Shown: piece after piece, positions 26,094 to 40,100 of the stretch | Position numbering within the stretch: position 1 is the first letter of the stretch | Layout: the number at the start of each line of letters is the position of its first letter | Origin: Lingula anatina | Lineage: Eukaryota; Animalia; Brachiopoda | Reading direction: 5' to 3' | Assembly: GCA_051362555.1 (NCBI GenBank) | Contig: CM120645.1 | Coordinates: 2,666,001 to 2,730,000, forward strand | DNA length: 64,000 nucleotides | Translations under genes and position numbers: made by a program | The notes under the pieces: model-generated | What the model was told of the DNA's origin: nothing | The model's input: the letters and a program-made list of their open reading frames with translations, nothing else | The model's database searches: none

Positions 26094-29000
26094 ATGAGGA
26101 GCAAGCAAGAGCTGTGGATTTCAATCATTGTCATAGCAACCGTCCTGCTCATACCCCCCACAGACAGTGATGACATAGAGGCCAAGTGTACAACATGTAA
26201 AGAAATTGTTGATGCATTTAAAGAGGTACAGGATGGATATATGTATTTATTTACTTTGAAGAGAAATCAAGAAGGGGGTTCTATTATCTCCACACTTTAT
26301 GCAGGTTTCATCCTTATAGACACTTAGCAGGCCCATAGCCAGGGGGGTTCGGGGGGTTCGAAAGAACCGCCCCTTTTGCTGGGAAAAGGTCCACTCTGGG
26401 TAAAATTTGATCTAGGTACATGAAGTTTTTCATGGGAAAAGGTTCACTTTTTCAGAAAAAGAACCCCCTTTTTGAAATTGCTGGCTACGAGCCTGCTTAG
26501 TATACAAGTTTGTGACAAATTCTCGATATAGTTTCAGACAGCATCACAATTTACTGGGTATATGCAATGATCAGTCATCTATTCTTAACATATACTATTA
26601 TCTTAGTTTAAAAGAATTTTTTTATGTGGAACAGGACAATAAATGTATTTTAATATAATAATCATTTGAATTTTTTGTAAGATTTTTTTCCTTTTGCAGG
26701 GTTTAAAAAACACTGCCAAGTCAGGCTTTGGAGGTGGAAACACACACTGGGAGGAGAAAAGTCTGGGGAGTTATGTCACCAGGTATACTAGTGTCTGAAG
26801 ATATCACACCTGAAGTTCTGTCTACAGGTGTATTTATATTAATAGAGAAAAGTTTGGGGAGTTATGCCACCAGGTATACTAGTGTCTGAAGATATCACAA
26901 CTGAAGTTCTGTCTACAGTTGTATTATATTAATAGAGAAAAGTCTGGGGAGTTATGTCACCAGGTATACTAGTGTCTGAAGATATCACACCTGAAGTTCT
27001 GTCTACAGTTGTATTATATTAATAGAGAAAAGTCTGGGGAGTTATGTCACCAGGTATACTAGTGTCTGAAGATATCACACCTGTAGTTCTGTCTACAGCT
27101 GTATTATATTAATAGAGAAAAGTCTGGGGAGTTATGTCACCAGGTATACTAGTGTCTGAAGATATCACACCTGAAGTTCTGTCTACAGTTGTATTATATT
27201 AATAGAGAAAAGTCTGGGGAGTTATGTCACCAGGTATACTAGTGTCTGAAGATATCACACCTGAAGTTCTGTCTACAGTTGTATTATATTAATAGAGAAA
27301 AGTCTGGGGAGTTATGTCACCAGGTATACTAGTGTCTGAAGATATCACACCTGAAGTTCTGTCTACAGTTGTATTATATTAATAGAGAAAAGTCTGGGGA
27401 GTTATGTCACCAGGTATACTAGTGTCTGAAGATATCACACCTGAAGTTCTGTCTACAGTTGTATTATATTAATAGAGAAAAGTCTGGGGAGTTATGTCAC
27501 CAGGTATACTAGTGTCTGAAGATATCACACCTGAAGTTCTGTCTACAGTTGTATTATATTAATAGAGAAAAGTCTGGGGAGTTATGCCACCAGGTATACT
27601 AGTGTCTGAAGATATCACACCTGAAGTTCTGTCTACAGTTGTATTATATTAATAGAGAAAAGTCTGGGGAGTTATGTCACCAGGTATACTAGTGTCTGAA
27701 GATATCACACCTGAAGTTCTGTCTACAGTTGTATTATATTAATAGAGAAAAGTCTGGGGAGTTATGCCACCAGGTATACTAGTGTCTGAAGATATCACAC
27801 CTGAAGTTCTGTCTACAGTTGTATTATATTAATAGAGAAAAGTCTGGGGAGTTATGTCACCAGGTATACTAGTGTCTGAAGATATCACACCTGAAGTTCT
27901 GTCTACAGTTGTATTATATTAATAGAGAAAAGTCTGGGGAGTTATGCCACCAGGTATACTAGTGTCTGAAGATATCACACCTGAAGTTCTGTCTACAGTT
28001 GTATTATATTAATAGAGAAAAGTCTGGGGAGTTATGTCACCAGGTATACTAGTGTCTGAAGATATCACACCTGAAGTTCTGTCTACAGTTGTATTATATT
28101 AATAGAGAAAAGTCTGGGGAGTTATGTCACCAGGTATACTAGTGTCTGAAGATATCACACCTGAAGTTCTGTCTACAGGTGTATTTATATTAATAGAGAA
28201 AAGTTTGGGGAGTTATGTCACCAGGTATACTAGTGTCTGAAGATATCACACCTGAAGTTCTGTCTACAGGTGTATTTATATTAATAGAGAAAAGTTTGGG
28301 GAGTTATGCCACCAGGTATACTAGTGTCTGAAGATATCACACCTGAAGTTCTGTCTACAGGTGTATTTATATTAATAGAGAAAAGTTTGGGGAGTTATGT
28401 CACCAGGTATACTAGTGTCTGAAGATATCACACCTGAAGTTCTGTCTACAGGTGTATTTATATTAATAGAGAAAAGTCTGGGGAGTTATGTCACCAGGTA
28501 TACTAGTGTCTGAAGGAACATCACTTGTAGTTCTGTCTGCAGCTGTATTAATATTAAAAGAGATGAAAGTCTTCTTGATTTATTGACATGGATATTTGGC
28601 TGTTTTATTTATGCCCACCAGCTTCCACCATCACCACCACCATATGGAGCATAGTGGCTTCGATGCTTGCATTTTCTAGGTTCTCAAAAAAAGGTCTCTT
28701 TTTATACATATATTACATACCACTTAGTATTGTGTATACATCACTGATCAGAAGAATGACAAAAAGATTTACATGGCAAATGAATTTGAGTGAGATGCTT
28801 ACTAGTATGGTGATGATATTGTATTATTTTTTTCAAGTGAAACCAGGTTTTTGGAGATCATAGAAGGGCTATGCAGGACTTCTTCAAAAGAGGTAAAATA
28901 TTATCTTTGATCAGAAAAAAGTCTTTAAGACTGGATTCTGTAAAATCTATCTGCTTTTCATTTTTTTTTGTCTAAAGTGTCATTTTATCCCACCCTGCAT

Positions 29001-30642
29001 TTACCAGCATAAACCTGAGAAACTATTAGTTATTGGAGAGAGTAAAAAATTAATGATTAATTTGTAAACTAGAGAAACACATGAAAGACTCAGTTGCATT
29101 GTGATATACTCACACTTATCACTGGCATTTTTGGAAATAAACTACCTATAAAATTTATCCCTATTATTACATTCTTAAAATAAGAAAAGTTACTTCTGAT
29201 ACCATAGAAAAGTCCTGTACTTTCTTGTTTAATAATTTAAAAATTATTTTATTAACTATGTATGTTTTAAGTTGCATGGCATCAATTATTAATCTGTTTG
29301 TATATTATTTTAGTCTCGATGTCATTCCATGGTAGAACATGGCGAAGAGTTATTGGAAAGTTGGTGGTTTGAAGATTTTTCAAAAAATTTTAAAAGCAGA
29401 CCTCCTGAAGAGATTGATCTGTTAGAATGGTTCTGTATAAAGAATATCAAAGGTGAGATTATGTTTTGTACTTTTTAAGTTTTTCACATTAGTTTTGAGT
29501 TGAAAATGTACAGTACCCTTATAAAAAGTTTTAAAATTCAGAATGTTTGAAATAATTTATATTATAATTAGTTTTGATTTTTGAGATTGTGAAAGCAAAT
29601 AAATGGAAGAAAAGTCCAGTGATCGTCAGAGTGGTGAAAGTTTTCATGGTAATAAAATGGTGCTACGTATATAGCTCAAATTTTGAAAGAAAGTTGTGTT
29701 TATTTTTTCATTTGTCCTAAAGGAATTTTTTTTATCATCCAAAACAGAAATTGCTATATGGGATATTTTCTGCTTGAGCTTTGTAATGTATTTGAGGACA
29801 TTTTATTGCACAACAATCAGTACTTTTAGATAAAACCAAGGTGTATGCTAGTAAAAAGACTATAAGACAGGAACTGTATATTCAATTGATTTGAATATTT
29901 TGATTTCTTTTAGTTTGTTGTCCAAAGAATACTTATGGTCCAAAATGTGAGGCGTGTACTGGGGGAACGGAAACCCCTTGTACAGGGAATGGGGACTGTG
30001 ATGTGAGTATTTACATGAAAAATTGTTGTCAGACCCAATTTTTAATTTTTTAAAAGGTTTCATGTCTCCACAATAAAATTAAATCCACACTGAAGGAGTA
30101 ATCTAAGATGATTACTTAAGATGTCCCCACTTTTCATCTGTGAGTGACTCCTATCATTTGCTGTCTCCATTTTGATGTTATATACTGCAGGGAGAGGGGA
30201 CAAGAAGCGGAACAGGGAAGTGTAAGTGTCATGGCGGTTACCAAGGCGACCTGTGTGACGCGTGCAAAGATGGCCACTACGAAGCTGAAAAAAATGAGAC
30301 ACACATAACGTGTTTGGGTAAGACCACATGGAGATATAAATATTTGTCATTCTGCCTAGAAAATTAGTCGTTGTGAATGAAGATTATGAGATGTTCTTAT
30401 TTCTGTTTGATATAAATGATTGGATTTACATAAAGGTGTGCTTTGTTTCTGGCACATATATTAATACAAATTTTATATCTCTCAGGAAATAGTGTCCATA
30501 AACTTCAAGCAATGCATGTTTTAACAATTCCTGTGTAAAAGAGAGTGATAGAGAATTTTGCTATATTTTATTTGCCATATCTTCCTTATCAGATTGCATC
30601 TTGTTAGGCTACTTGCTGTGTGAAGAATAATGAATTGTGCAA

Positions 30643-30710
<68 letters not shown>

Positions 30711-31436
30711 GATTTCACCATGTCATTGATCTTTCCTATCAGAATGTCATGACTCCTGTCAGTCCACCTGCTGGGAGGGTGGACCCAAGGGCTGTGATGA
30801 CTGTAAGGAAGGCTGGAAGTGGGATGACAGTGAAGGCTGTACAGGTAAGAGAGAAATTTGACTTCTATTTATTAAAGGTATGCAGTGTGAATGGCACCTG
30901 AATGTCAAAGTTGAAAAAATTTATCTGCTTGGATATATGATAAAATTTCCTTTAAATCATTCAACTTGAAATATCATTGCAAAAGAATTTCTAAGATTGG
31001 TTTGCTGATTTATATGAAAATATTAATTTTTTTATCACATATTTTAACCATTATTCTACATTTAATGGAATTTTTCCCCATTTCACAGACATAGATGAGT
31101 GTCAGGAAGACCAGACATTGTGCAAAGACAATGAGTTTTGTGCTAACAACCAGGGATCCTATAGTTGCACTGGTAAGTAAGTCTATACTGGTAGATGAAA
31201 AAGCTCTAAAGACTATAAAAAGTCTATAAAAAAACTCATCTTTGCTTGAAGTAAGTTATAAATCTGACACAAAATGTTAAAAGATGATCTAAAGAAAAAC
31301 ATGATCATAGTTTTTGGAGCAAGTGGTCTTAAAATGTACCATTATTTCCTCTTCTTCCTTTGATTTTATTTGTTTATTTATTTCCAATTTTCGCACTGTT
31401 TTGAATAATATGTCGTAAACATGACCCAACTTGAAT

Positions 31437-31474
<38 letters not shown>

Positions 31475-32718
31475 CAAACATGCACACTTTCCAATAGATA
31501 GATAGATAGATATAGTACAGTGTAGTATGTCATGTACCCATAGTTCTATGATATCTTCTCTCCTCTCTCTCCAGCTTGTGATGCAGCCTGTGCTACATGC
31601 CTGGGAACAGGATCAGACCAGTGTGTTAAGTGCAGTGAGGGCTATACAATGGAGAATAACACATGTACAGGTACAAAACACATACACACTGAAATAAAGA
31701 ATGTATATATACTAAAGTATAGTTTGATATAATTATTGCAGCTTTTAATTAAATTGATAGTTGAATTACATTGAACATTGAATGAGGTTGAAATAAAAAA
31801 AAAATCAGATTTTCTTTTACTATTGAGAAAGTTGCATTTTATGATACTACATAATGTTGATAATATCATGAATGTGCTTCCATATTCAGTGCATTACGCT
31901 TTTCATATTCTCATAGGGAGAACAAAGCAAGTTAAGTCTCTTCAGAAATTGTATGCATTTCTTATCATGTTTTCCAGATATAGATGAATGTGCAGCTGAA
32001 GATAAGTGCAAGGGAGAGCGCGAGGTTTCCTGTACGAATACGGCAGGCAGTTATACATGTAACTGTGAGGAGGGGTATGAACAGAGTGGGGATGGGAGAT
32101 GTACACCTAAACCTCAGGGTATGTTACCTAGCTGCTGATTCACATGTTGGGCTCACTTTGGTTTATGGGGTTTTTGTAAGACAGATGCTAAAATATATTT
32201 AATTTTAAAAGGTGCATTTTGCATAATTTCATACTAGCATTGTGTGGAATACCATATCTTATCATACAATTCCTTTTTTCCGTGTTAGGTTAACTCTCTT
32301 TTTGTGTAACTAAATAAATAATTAAATAAAATCCAGTGCAGCTAATTGGACTTGGAAATGAAAATGGTGTATTTTTTGTCAGATTTATTATATTATGTTA
32401 TATTATATCCATTTTATAGAAGGCCCGCCTGAATCAAGGAAAGACAAATCAGAGAAAGAAAAATCTGCAAAAAAGGCCAAGAAGAAAACAACTTCAAAAA
32501 AACAGAAGAAAGGTAAACAAAAACAACAGAATCAAGTTAAGAAACAGAGTCGAACTCATGATGCTCAGGACATGCTAATGTACACAGTGGCAATCATTTC
32601 GTTTGCCATAGCTGGATACATTCTAGAGGGGAATGTACTGGTGACTTTGGGGTTGGGAGGTGCTTTGCTTGGATACCTTATCTGGTTTGCAACAAATCTT
32701 CATGAAGCTAGGTCATGA
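26094..32718 (+). CDS. CRELD: CRELD (cysteine-rich with EGF-like domains), membrane isoform; exons 26094-26225, 26700-26782, 28838-28892, 29314-29452, 29914-30002, 30191-30317, 30743-30844, 31089-31172, 31575-31670, 31978-32118, 32420-32718
   Basis: Signal peptide, CTTC (CXXC), WE-domain motif TAKSGFGGGNTHWEEKSLGSYVTSETRFLEIIEGLC, EELLESWW, VCCPKNTYGPKC, furin-like repeats and DIDEC calcium-binding EGF repeats. Last exon encodes two hydrophobic segments. Confidence 0.92.
26328..26495. mobile_element. 168-bp MITE with CAGG...CCTG termini and a 5-bp TSD (CTTAG), copy 1
   Basis: cttag|CAGGCCCATAGCCAG...CTGGCTACGAGCCTG|cttag; reverse-orientation copy at 43766-43934. Confidence 0.88.
26754..28560 (+). 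repeat. Minisatellite, about 20 units of 90/91 bp, starting inside CRELD exon 2
   Basis: Unit gagaaaagtctggggagttatgtcaccaggtatactagtgtctgaagatatcacacctgaagttctgtctacagttgtattatattaata; near-identical copies, last one degenerate. Confidence 0.97.
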
Positions 32719-34963
32719 TGGTAGTCATAGAAACCGGTCATTCCGCACTTAAATAATAGGAAATTTCTATTGGCTGAAGTCCTTGCTGAGATACTGACAG
32801 GTGTGAGCTGGTGGGGTGTGGTTGTGGTTCTTCCTTAATAAGTTAATGAAGCTGCTGATCCAGAATAAAGGATAGATAGCCCCTTGCGCCATCTGGTGTC
32901 CCTTCAGAGATGAACGATATTGAACAACACTAAGTTGTTTAGAGTTATATTTCAATTAATTTCCTTGGTAGAGTCTTTTTTACATATCACGCTGTCAACA
33001 AGCAAAAGAGGGAGGGTATTTTTCTCTCTTCTCTATCATCACAAGTTTAAGGTATCTGTGGTCGCTGTACAAAATTCCATTCTATGTCAAACTAAGTCCC
33101 TTTCATGTGTGTCACTATAACAATTGTATGCTAGTGTCATGTTTCATATTTCTGAACTCTATAACATTTAGTAATTTTCATAGTATTCATACATTTTCAG
33201 ATTTAAGTTGGGGAGAATGCACTTAGACAGCCTTCATATTGTAACATCTTTTAAATCACATCATATAATTATCTGGTCATTAAAGCTGCATGTCTGGAAA
33301 TAAGTTTTGGGACTGGAGAATTTGAATTAGGCAGTGTTCAAATAAATTTCAACTTAAACCAAAGAAAAAAATCAGTTCTTTAAGAGAGCACTAATGTAGA
33401 TTCTACTGTATTATGTTTTAACTTATGAGATCACTGGTTGTATAATATATTATTATATTAATCTTTCTTTTTTTTTTTTCACTGGTGAAATGTATTGAAT
33501 TGTACAGGTACAGGGATACTCATTCACCTAGCCAAGATGTAAACAGGCATTATATTAAGTTAATTATTTTGTCTCACCTGTTCATGGGAACAGAACAAGT
33601 GCAATTTTTTAAAATCCTTGAGTGTAAAACGGATTTAATGAGATGATATTATAGATTTTTTTTGTTTTCTGAATTTTTTTTTTTTTGTTTTCAAGCTGTG
33701 CAAGCTAAGTACAGCCTTTACAAATAATAAAATTTTGTAAGGTAGACATTATCAAAATGTATATTTGCACATTTGTTGTTTGTTTTTGTATATAGAGCTT
33801 GATAAAGTGATAAATGGGTCAATATGTGCTAAGAAATTTTGAAAACCAGATAAAAATTTTGGATGGTACATTTTCACACCAGAATTTTGTATGCAGATCT
33901 TTTACTATGTACATATTTGATCTACAGGTTCACTTTTCCATTTTATTGTGGTTATGTGTATGGATTGAGTACTTGCAATAATGTGGTCTCACGTTAGAGA
34001 TTTAAACATAGAATGGTATTATTAAGATGTTAGCAATAATGTTGTATCACATTTAAGATTTAAATCTAGAACCACATTAGATGGTAGAAGAAAATATTGT
34101 TATATATTGTTATAAGGTAGGCTCTGTTGTTTTTCAGTGAGAAAGAAATGATGAATTGGGTGAAGGAACAAAATGCACGAGCGAGGGGTTATGTTTTTTA
34201 GCACTAACAGTGGTTTTGCATCAGTTTGGATGTCGTTGAACGAAAAAACATTTTGGGTGTTTCATTTTGGGTGTTAGTGGTGTCCTAGCTCATGGTACTG
34301 ATACTGGTTCATTCAGACATGCAACTTTTCTAACTTGCCCACAGGACAGGGCGGCAGTCAATACTATTGCATGACCTATTTAAAAATGAGAAAAAGCCAT
34401 GGCTTTATTATAAGTTTATTTATTTATTTATTTTGTTCATTTATTTGTTGTCAGAGACTAAAGATAAGATAACCCATTGCCTAAGAAAGGTTTTTGCATT
34501 GGAATGATTGGAATGAATGAAGAAAATTAAAGCCAGGAGAGACGTTAAAAGTTCAGTTATCATATGGACAATTGTTCCGTTGTGGCAACAAAGAGGATAT
34601 AGCATATCCAATTTAAGGAAATAACGTAGTAATACAATATTTAATTAACTGGAACTAAACAGGAGATCCGCGTTCTATTCACGATTGTCCTGTAAAATTT
34701 CACGGGACCATCAAGATTGTTGCCATTTGATTCTGAGGTCAAACGTTAACTTTGCTACAAAACTACTGAAAATTAGGCCTATGTGAAAATATGTCACACC
34801 TCAATCTTTGTCCACTTTCAGCCAAAAATCTTTCTTTTTATATATTTTCACAAAATATTATTATTTTGAAAGTAATGGTAGGCTTCCTCGTCTAAAATTT
34901 ATCCTACGCTGACAACGTGCATTTATATTTCCTTCCAATGACCTAGTTCATGATTTCTTTCAG

Positions 34964-35070
34964 ATTTAGCAGACGACGGAAGTGACGCAGACGACAGCCA
35001 AAACGCCAGCGTAGATGAAGAAAGTGACGATGATTCCAAAGAGAGCGATGGCTTGAAAGATGAACTTTGA
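34964..35070 (+). CDS. CRELD: Alternative terminal exon of CRELD encoding an acidic tail ending KDEL
   Basis: Acceptor tttctttcag ending at 34963. A phase-1 join to the exon ending at 32118 gives DLADDGSDADDSQNASVDEESDDDSKESDGLKDEL-stop. Confidence 0.88.
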
Positions 35071-35755
35071 CGTCATTTGAGCTATTTGCTGTGGTCATGT
35101 TGCTCATTATCATTCTTTCTACACCTCTTTGTGTCACTGTTCGCTGACAGTCATGTATATGATGTTTCATTTTTGGTGTTTTTTCCAGTCATTTTTCATA
35201 GCCAAGAATAATCAAATATCCAAACTGCTGGGCTTTCTATCACCATACCCCAGTCGTCATTTGTTTTTGCTCTGGTCGTTAAGAGTTTCAGAAAATGGAA
35301 GTAGATTGGAAAATAAAGAAGTGAGACCACATCACCATGACGGTGGGAAGTCGAAATGCAAACCAAAATGGCACAGTTCCTGCCCATAGCCAAATGTTGG
35401 CATGTCGAGTGCGAAAAAACTATTTATTTTTGAGTGAGTTATTTATTCGATCCGCTTTTGAACTGTAACTGACATAAATTAATTTAAATTAATTATGCTT
35501 TGAACATAGGGAATTAGATTTAAGTTGACCAGTGCTCTGACAGATAACAACTGGAGTATGCTGATAGAAATGCACAGTTTCGGTGCAACCAGAAAAAGAT
35601 ACAAACAAAATAAATTATGAAAAAATTGACATTGTTCTTTATTTGGACTTTTGAATAAAGATAAATGTTTAGCAGCTCGGATTATATTATATGGCAGAAT
35701 AGGCGAAACAGCTTAAAATAATTGGGAAAATATTAATTTAAAAGTAATTTATTAA

Positions 35756-36746
35756 AGACAGTCTCAGTGGGTTAGATTAATGTATAGAAGCAGGTTCTAT
35801 GTAAAGCTTTGATCAGATTTGTGTTTTGTGAGATTGTTTATTATTATATTAATAAGTCTGGGTCACAAAAGTCCTGTTAAGACAACTAGAATAAAGAATT
35901 AGAAAACGAAAACTATTTATCATGATTTCGGAGCACAGCCAGAAGTACTTCCGGCTCAAGGTCACGACCTCGATTTTCCCACGCTTACGACCAATCACAG
36001 CAGGCTTCAGTCAGAATGAGATAGACGTCACGACTACACAGCGAAACTTGTCAGACATGTAAGTGCCGCCTGTCCATCTTTTCGGTACATGTACCGATCA
36101 AAAATAGACAACGTAAAGCCCAAAACGCTCTTATACACGTAACCAACTTTGTATGAGCACAAATATTGTCATTTATTGTGAACAGGATAATATGATAATC
36201 AGACACACTTGAGACCTGTGAAGCGCATACTCACGTGTCGAGGAGTAGTTTCACCATTGCCTCGTATGTGAGTCCTAACTCAGCTTTAAGTGTCCTCCAC
36301 CGCCCCACCTCCCTCCCAACATACACAGTCTGAGTGCTTCTTCGTCTGTCTCTAATTTTCTTTCGTATCTTTCGAACTGGAGTGGCTATTTTCTTTCGTC
36401 CCCTTTTGTCGCTCTCCTCTTCAGACTTGACGCGCGTCTGAGCCATGTTTGCTGTTTTGGCGCCAAATAGTAACATCCGGGTCTCAGCCGTAGTACTTCA
36501 TTCATAGTAAACCGCGAGACTTAGCGAGAAATTGCGCGTTCTGAAGCCGTACTGTGAGGTGGTAGCTGAGTATTTAAGACGAGTCGTCTTTTATTATTTA
36601 ATGGAACTTAAAAACGGTATTAGGTAGGTTCATTTTCTCAACGGTTTTGGATAGGATATACCTTGGTCATTATGGGGAAATTGGTGAGATTTCCAGGAAA
36701 ATTCATTTTCGTGCTATTTTAAGAGTTTAACGCGCTGAGACTGTCT
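35756..36746 (-). mobile_element. Kolobok-like non-autonomous element (991 bp) retaining a first coding exon (36446-36235)
   Basis: ttaa|AGACAGTCTCAG ... CTGAGACTGTCT|ttaa. Internal exon MAQTRVK...TVYVGREVGRWRTLKAELGLTYEAMVKLLLD ends at a gtgagt donor. Confidence 0.8.
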
Positions 36747-37128
36747 TTAAAGCTTTTTGATTCATAGAAATTATGATTCCTTTTCTATATATAAACTTGT
36801 GTCAATAACACATTATTAAGGTGAAAATTGATATTCAGTTTTTCCTTGTAAAATTTCGAATATAAAAAACATTTTGATTATCAAGTACGAAAGCTATAAA
36901 TTTCGCATGATTAACCAAAAGGTAAAATTGTTTTACACATGAAATGCGCATGTTTAAAGCAACTACAAGTGCAAGGCAAATTTTTGATTTGTAATACATA
37001 TTATCCGTCAGTAGTAAATATCTGGATGCACTTTGCCCTAATGCATATCCGCCTCACTAGCACGCACCATCCAACACGTAATAATGAGGGCAGTCTAGAA
37101 TCGGTTCGATAGCTGGAAAAAAGAGGAC

Positions 37129-40100
37129 TTATTTGCGTCCAAAGGGGTTGAAACGCGTCTTCATCCTCCCAAGCCGAGCCAACCTTTCTCTAAGACGGTC
37201 CAAAAATTTTTCTGGCAGCCTGGGGACCGTTCTGGTGGGAATAATCTGTGTAGTTGTTGCAGGGACCGTATTCGGGCAGACGATTGTTTTCTGCCTGTAA
37301 GGAGCGAGGTTGACGCCATCGTACGTGGCCTCGGCTGGAATCACCTTAGTGGCTATCTCCGTCAGGATGTCCTCTCGGGTGCAATGTCCGCCTCCGCAGC
37401 CGTTTGCCGGGAACGAACCGTCATCTATTTTGCGGTTGATCAGTTCAAGCAGGTCATTGACGCCTTTGCCAAACTCTACAGCGATATCTATAAAGTTGGA
37501 GACCCTTGGGTCGAGGGACTTCACCTGGTTGCTAGTCATCCACGCGTCCAGTGCTTGGTCGCTTGCTATACTCCCGCTACGGATGCACTTCAGTGGATAA
37601 CCGGTGTAATCATCTATGTCGGGGAAAGCCTTGGCGATGAGGCGAAGCAGGTCGTATTTGTTGGCGAATGGTCTGGAAAGCGTGGTGGCAATCTCCATCA
37701 TCCTGGTGATGGACAGCTGGCTCCCCACCCAGGTCATGACCTGAGCCACCATCTCGGACTGGCGATACAGCTGGACCATCACGTACTTGGATGATGTGAG
37801 GTTATTCAAGAAGAACATCTGCGCATCCAAAATGGTCGTGTTGGTGATGGAGGCGTTCGGCCATGCCGAGACGTAGTTCTTGATTGGGTTAAGCGAGGCG
37901 GCTTCTCGTAAGAATATGCACAGTGTATCTTGACAGTTGGGGTCGGCGGCAATCCCGGTAGAGTCTTCGCTGGTATCGAACATGCTGACAATACCGTAGA
38001 AATTGTTTTTCACTAGACCAAAGAATTCCACTTCAAAGGCAGTTAGATTTTTCATTTCTTCCAGTTTCAAGTCCACCGCGGCTGAAGCGTTATTGATGCG
38101 CTCTTCGATTTCGTCGATTTGCTTATTGACGTTTATTGTGCTCATCACCGACATAAAGATGCATAAACCAACATTAAGTGCGGATCCAACATTACCCATG
38201 TTTAAAACCTTGCCGACTTTGACCTGAAAAAAGGAAAAAATACATTTCAAAAATACATTTGAAGTTTCATTTTACGCTAGCAAATACACTCGGAATGTTT
38301 TATTTACAGTTTATTCATATCTTTAAAAACAATGATAATGTTTACCTTTCTCCCTCTAAATGTGAATAGGTTTTTGTTTGAAAAGCTTCTCCAGCCGCTT
38401 TTCATTTTCTGCCAGCTGTACCACTTCACCTTTTTGGCGGGAGCTTTGAAGTCAAAATTCTTCAGGCCGTCAACATCGGCATTTGCACTACTAACTTTTT
38501 TGACATAAGCATCGAAGTCTGCGTTATTTAATCCCTTCGACTGCTTGATAAAATCACCTGCGTTAGAAAGGATAAAATGGCATAAGTGACTGGCAGAGCG
38601 ACCATATTTTTTCGTGTATTCAGAGACATATAAACACACTCGTTTTCTATGGTATTCTTTGTAATAAAGCCTTATAAGAGTTTACTGCATGAGTCTGGTA
38701 CATTATTCATATACGTTTGATGATAAGTTTAACGTCCAAGTCACTTAAAAGTTGGATACAAAACAAAACGATCTTTTTAATCAGTTGCATTTTTACGCTA
38801 GCTTGCTATTTTGATAAGTAACAACAGGATGCTCAAGGTTTTTATCCAAAACTCTTAAGTAAGGATTACGCCATCAATACGAACACACAAGACTACAAAA
38901 CGTTGACTTGTTATTTTGATAATTAACAACAGGATGCTCAAAGTTTTTATCCAAAACTGAATGTTTATGAACGAATAAAAGCATTGGGCATGCGTGCACT
39001 GGACTACGAGCCACATGGCAAGGGCATGTCTATGTCTGATCGGACAAAATAAATCAATAAACAAAAATAACAAAATCAACAAAGAAATTTATAAATTATA
39101 GAAGCAGAGGGATAGGTAAAAAAGAGATACTTCCCCAAACTCGAGACGATTTTTCGAAACTTTTACATAAAAACGAATTCTGTCCATTTCGACATAATAT
39201 TTCAGAGATGACGGGAGAAGCGATGGGAATGTGTACGAATATCAGTGGCCTCTACATCACTGTACAAATTGAACTACTCACCAAGTTTCCCTTTCTTTTG
39301 CAGGTCTGACAACAGGTCTGGGTTTGTTTGTTTCAGTCTGTTGTACGCCCGAACAGATGCTACGTCGCTTGGATCGAAGGAGCTTAAGGTTTGGCGCATC
39401 CATTTCGGTATGCTGGCGTCTACATTGTCGGCTTTGAACATCACTTTTGGGTCTTTGGTTTTGGCAGTGTTGACAAACTCATCGAATTTCTGGGGGCTCA
39501 AACCGTCCGTGGATCTGAGAAAAGCTGGAAGGTGGCCAGTCTTCTTCAACTTCTGTAGGTAATCTGGTTCCAGTCTCTGAAGGGTGGCTACTTGTTTGGC
39601 GCGCTTGAAGTCAACGGATTCCAAAAAGGAATTAGTTGCTGCTCTTTGTCCCGCTGGCATCATGAACTTCCAGAATTTCCCCACCTTTCCGTTACTGTCC
39701 ATTTTCGCATAGACTTTCAGCTTCCCAAGGTTTTTCGGGTTTTCCTGGACGATGAACATCTTCCCTTGCGGATTACTTGCAAGCTGGTATGAGCCTTGCT
39801 TCCCGTAGAATTCAACAACCTGGTAGTTCTGCGATCGGGACAGCAGCGCTGTTCTTGCCGAGGTCGTGATCAATCCGGTGTGCATGGCCACAAGAGGAAT
39901 GGCGGTCATCATTGCTAGATACACAAAATCTTTCCGTTTTAGAACGGCAATTTCATTTTGTATGCCGTCCAGGGTGCCCTGTATGCCATTCAAGTACTTT
40001 TCCAGGTTGACCCGGAACCGGATCTTCTGCTCGGTGACGGTGTCAAGGTCATCTGGAACATACACTGTACTGTTTTCCTCAACGGCGTCTAAGGTTCTCA

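Noticed and set aside
26754-28560. CRISPR-like regular array
   Set aside because: Whole units are near-identical with no unique spacers, there are no cas genes, and the context is a eukaryotic intron; it is a minisatellite.
34943-35393. Listed ORFs 34943..35170 (-), 35129..35389 (+) and 35196..35393 (-)
   Set aside because: Better explained by the CRELD KDEL exon and its 3' UTR.
38800-38958. ~45-bp duplicated intronic segment (taacaacaggatgctcaa...tttttatccaaaact)
   Set aside because: Small local duplication with no evidence of function.
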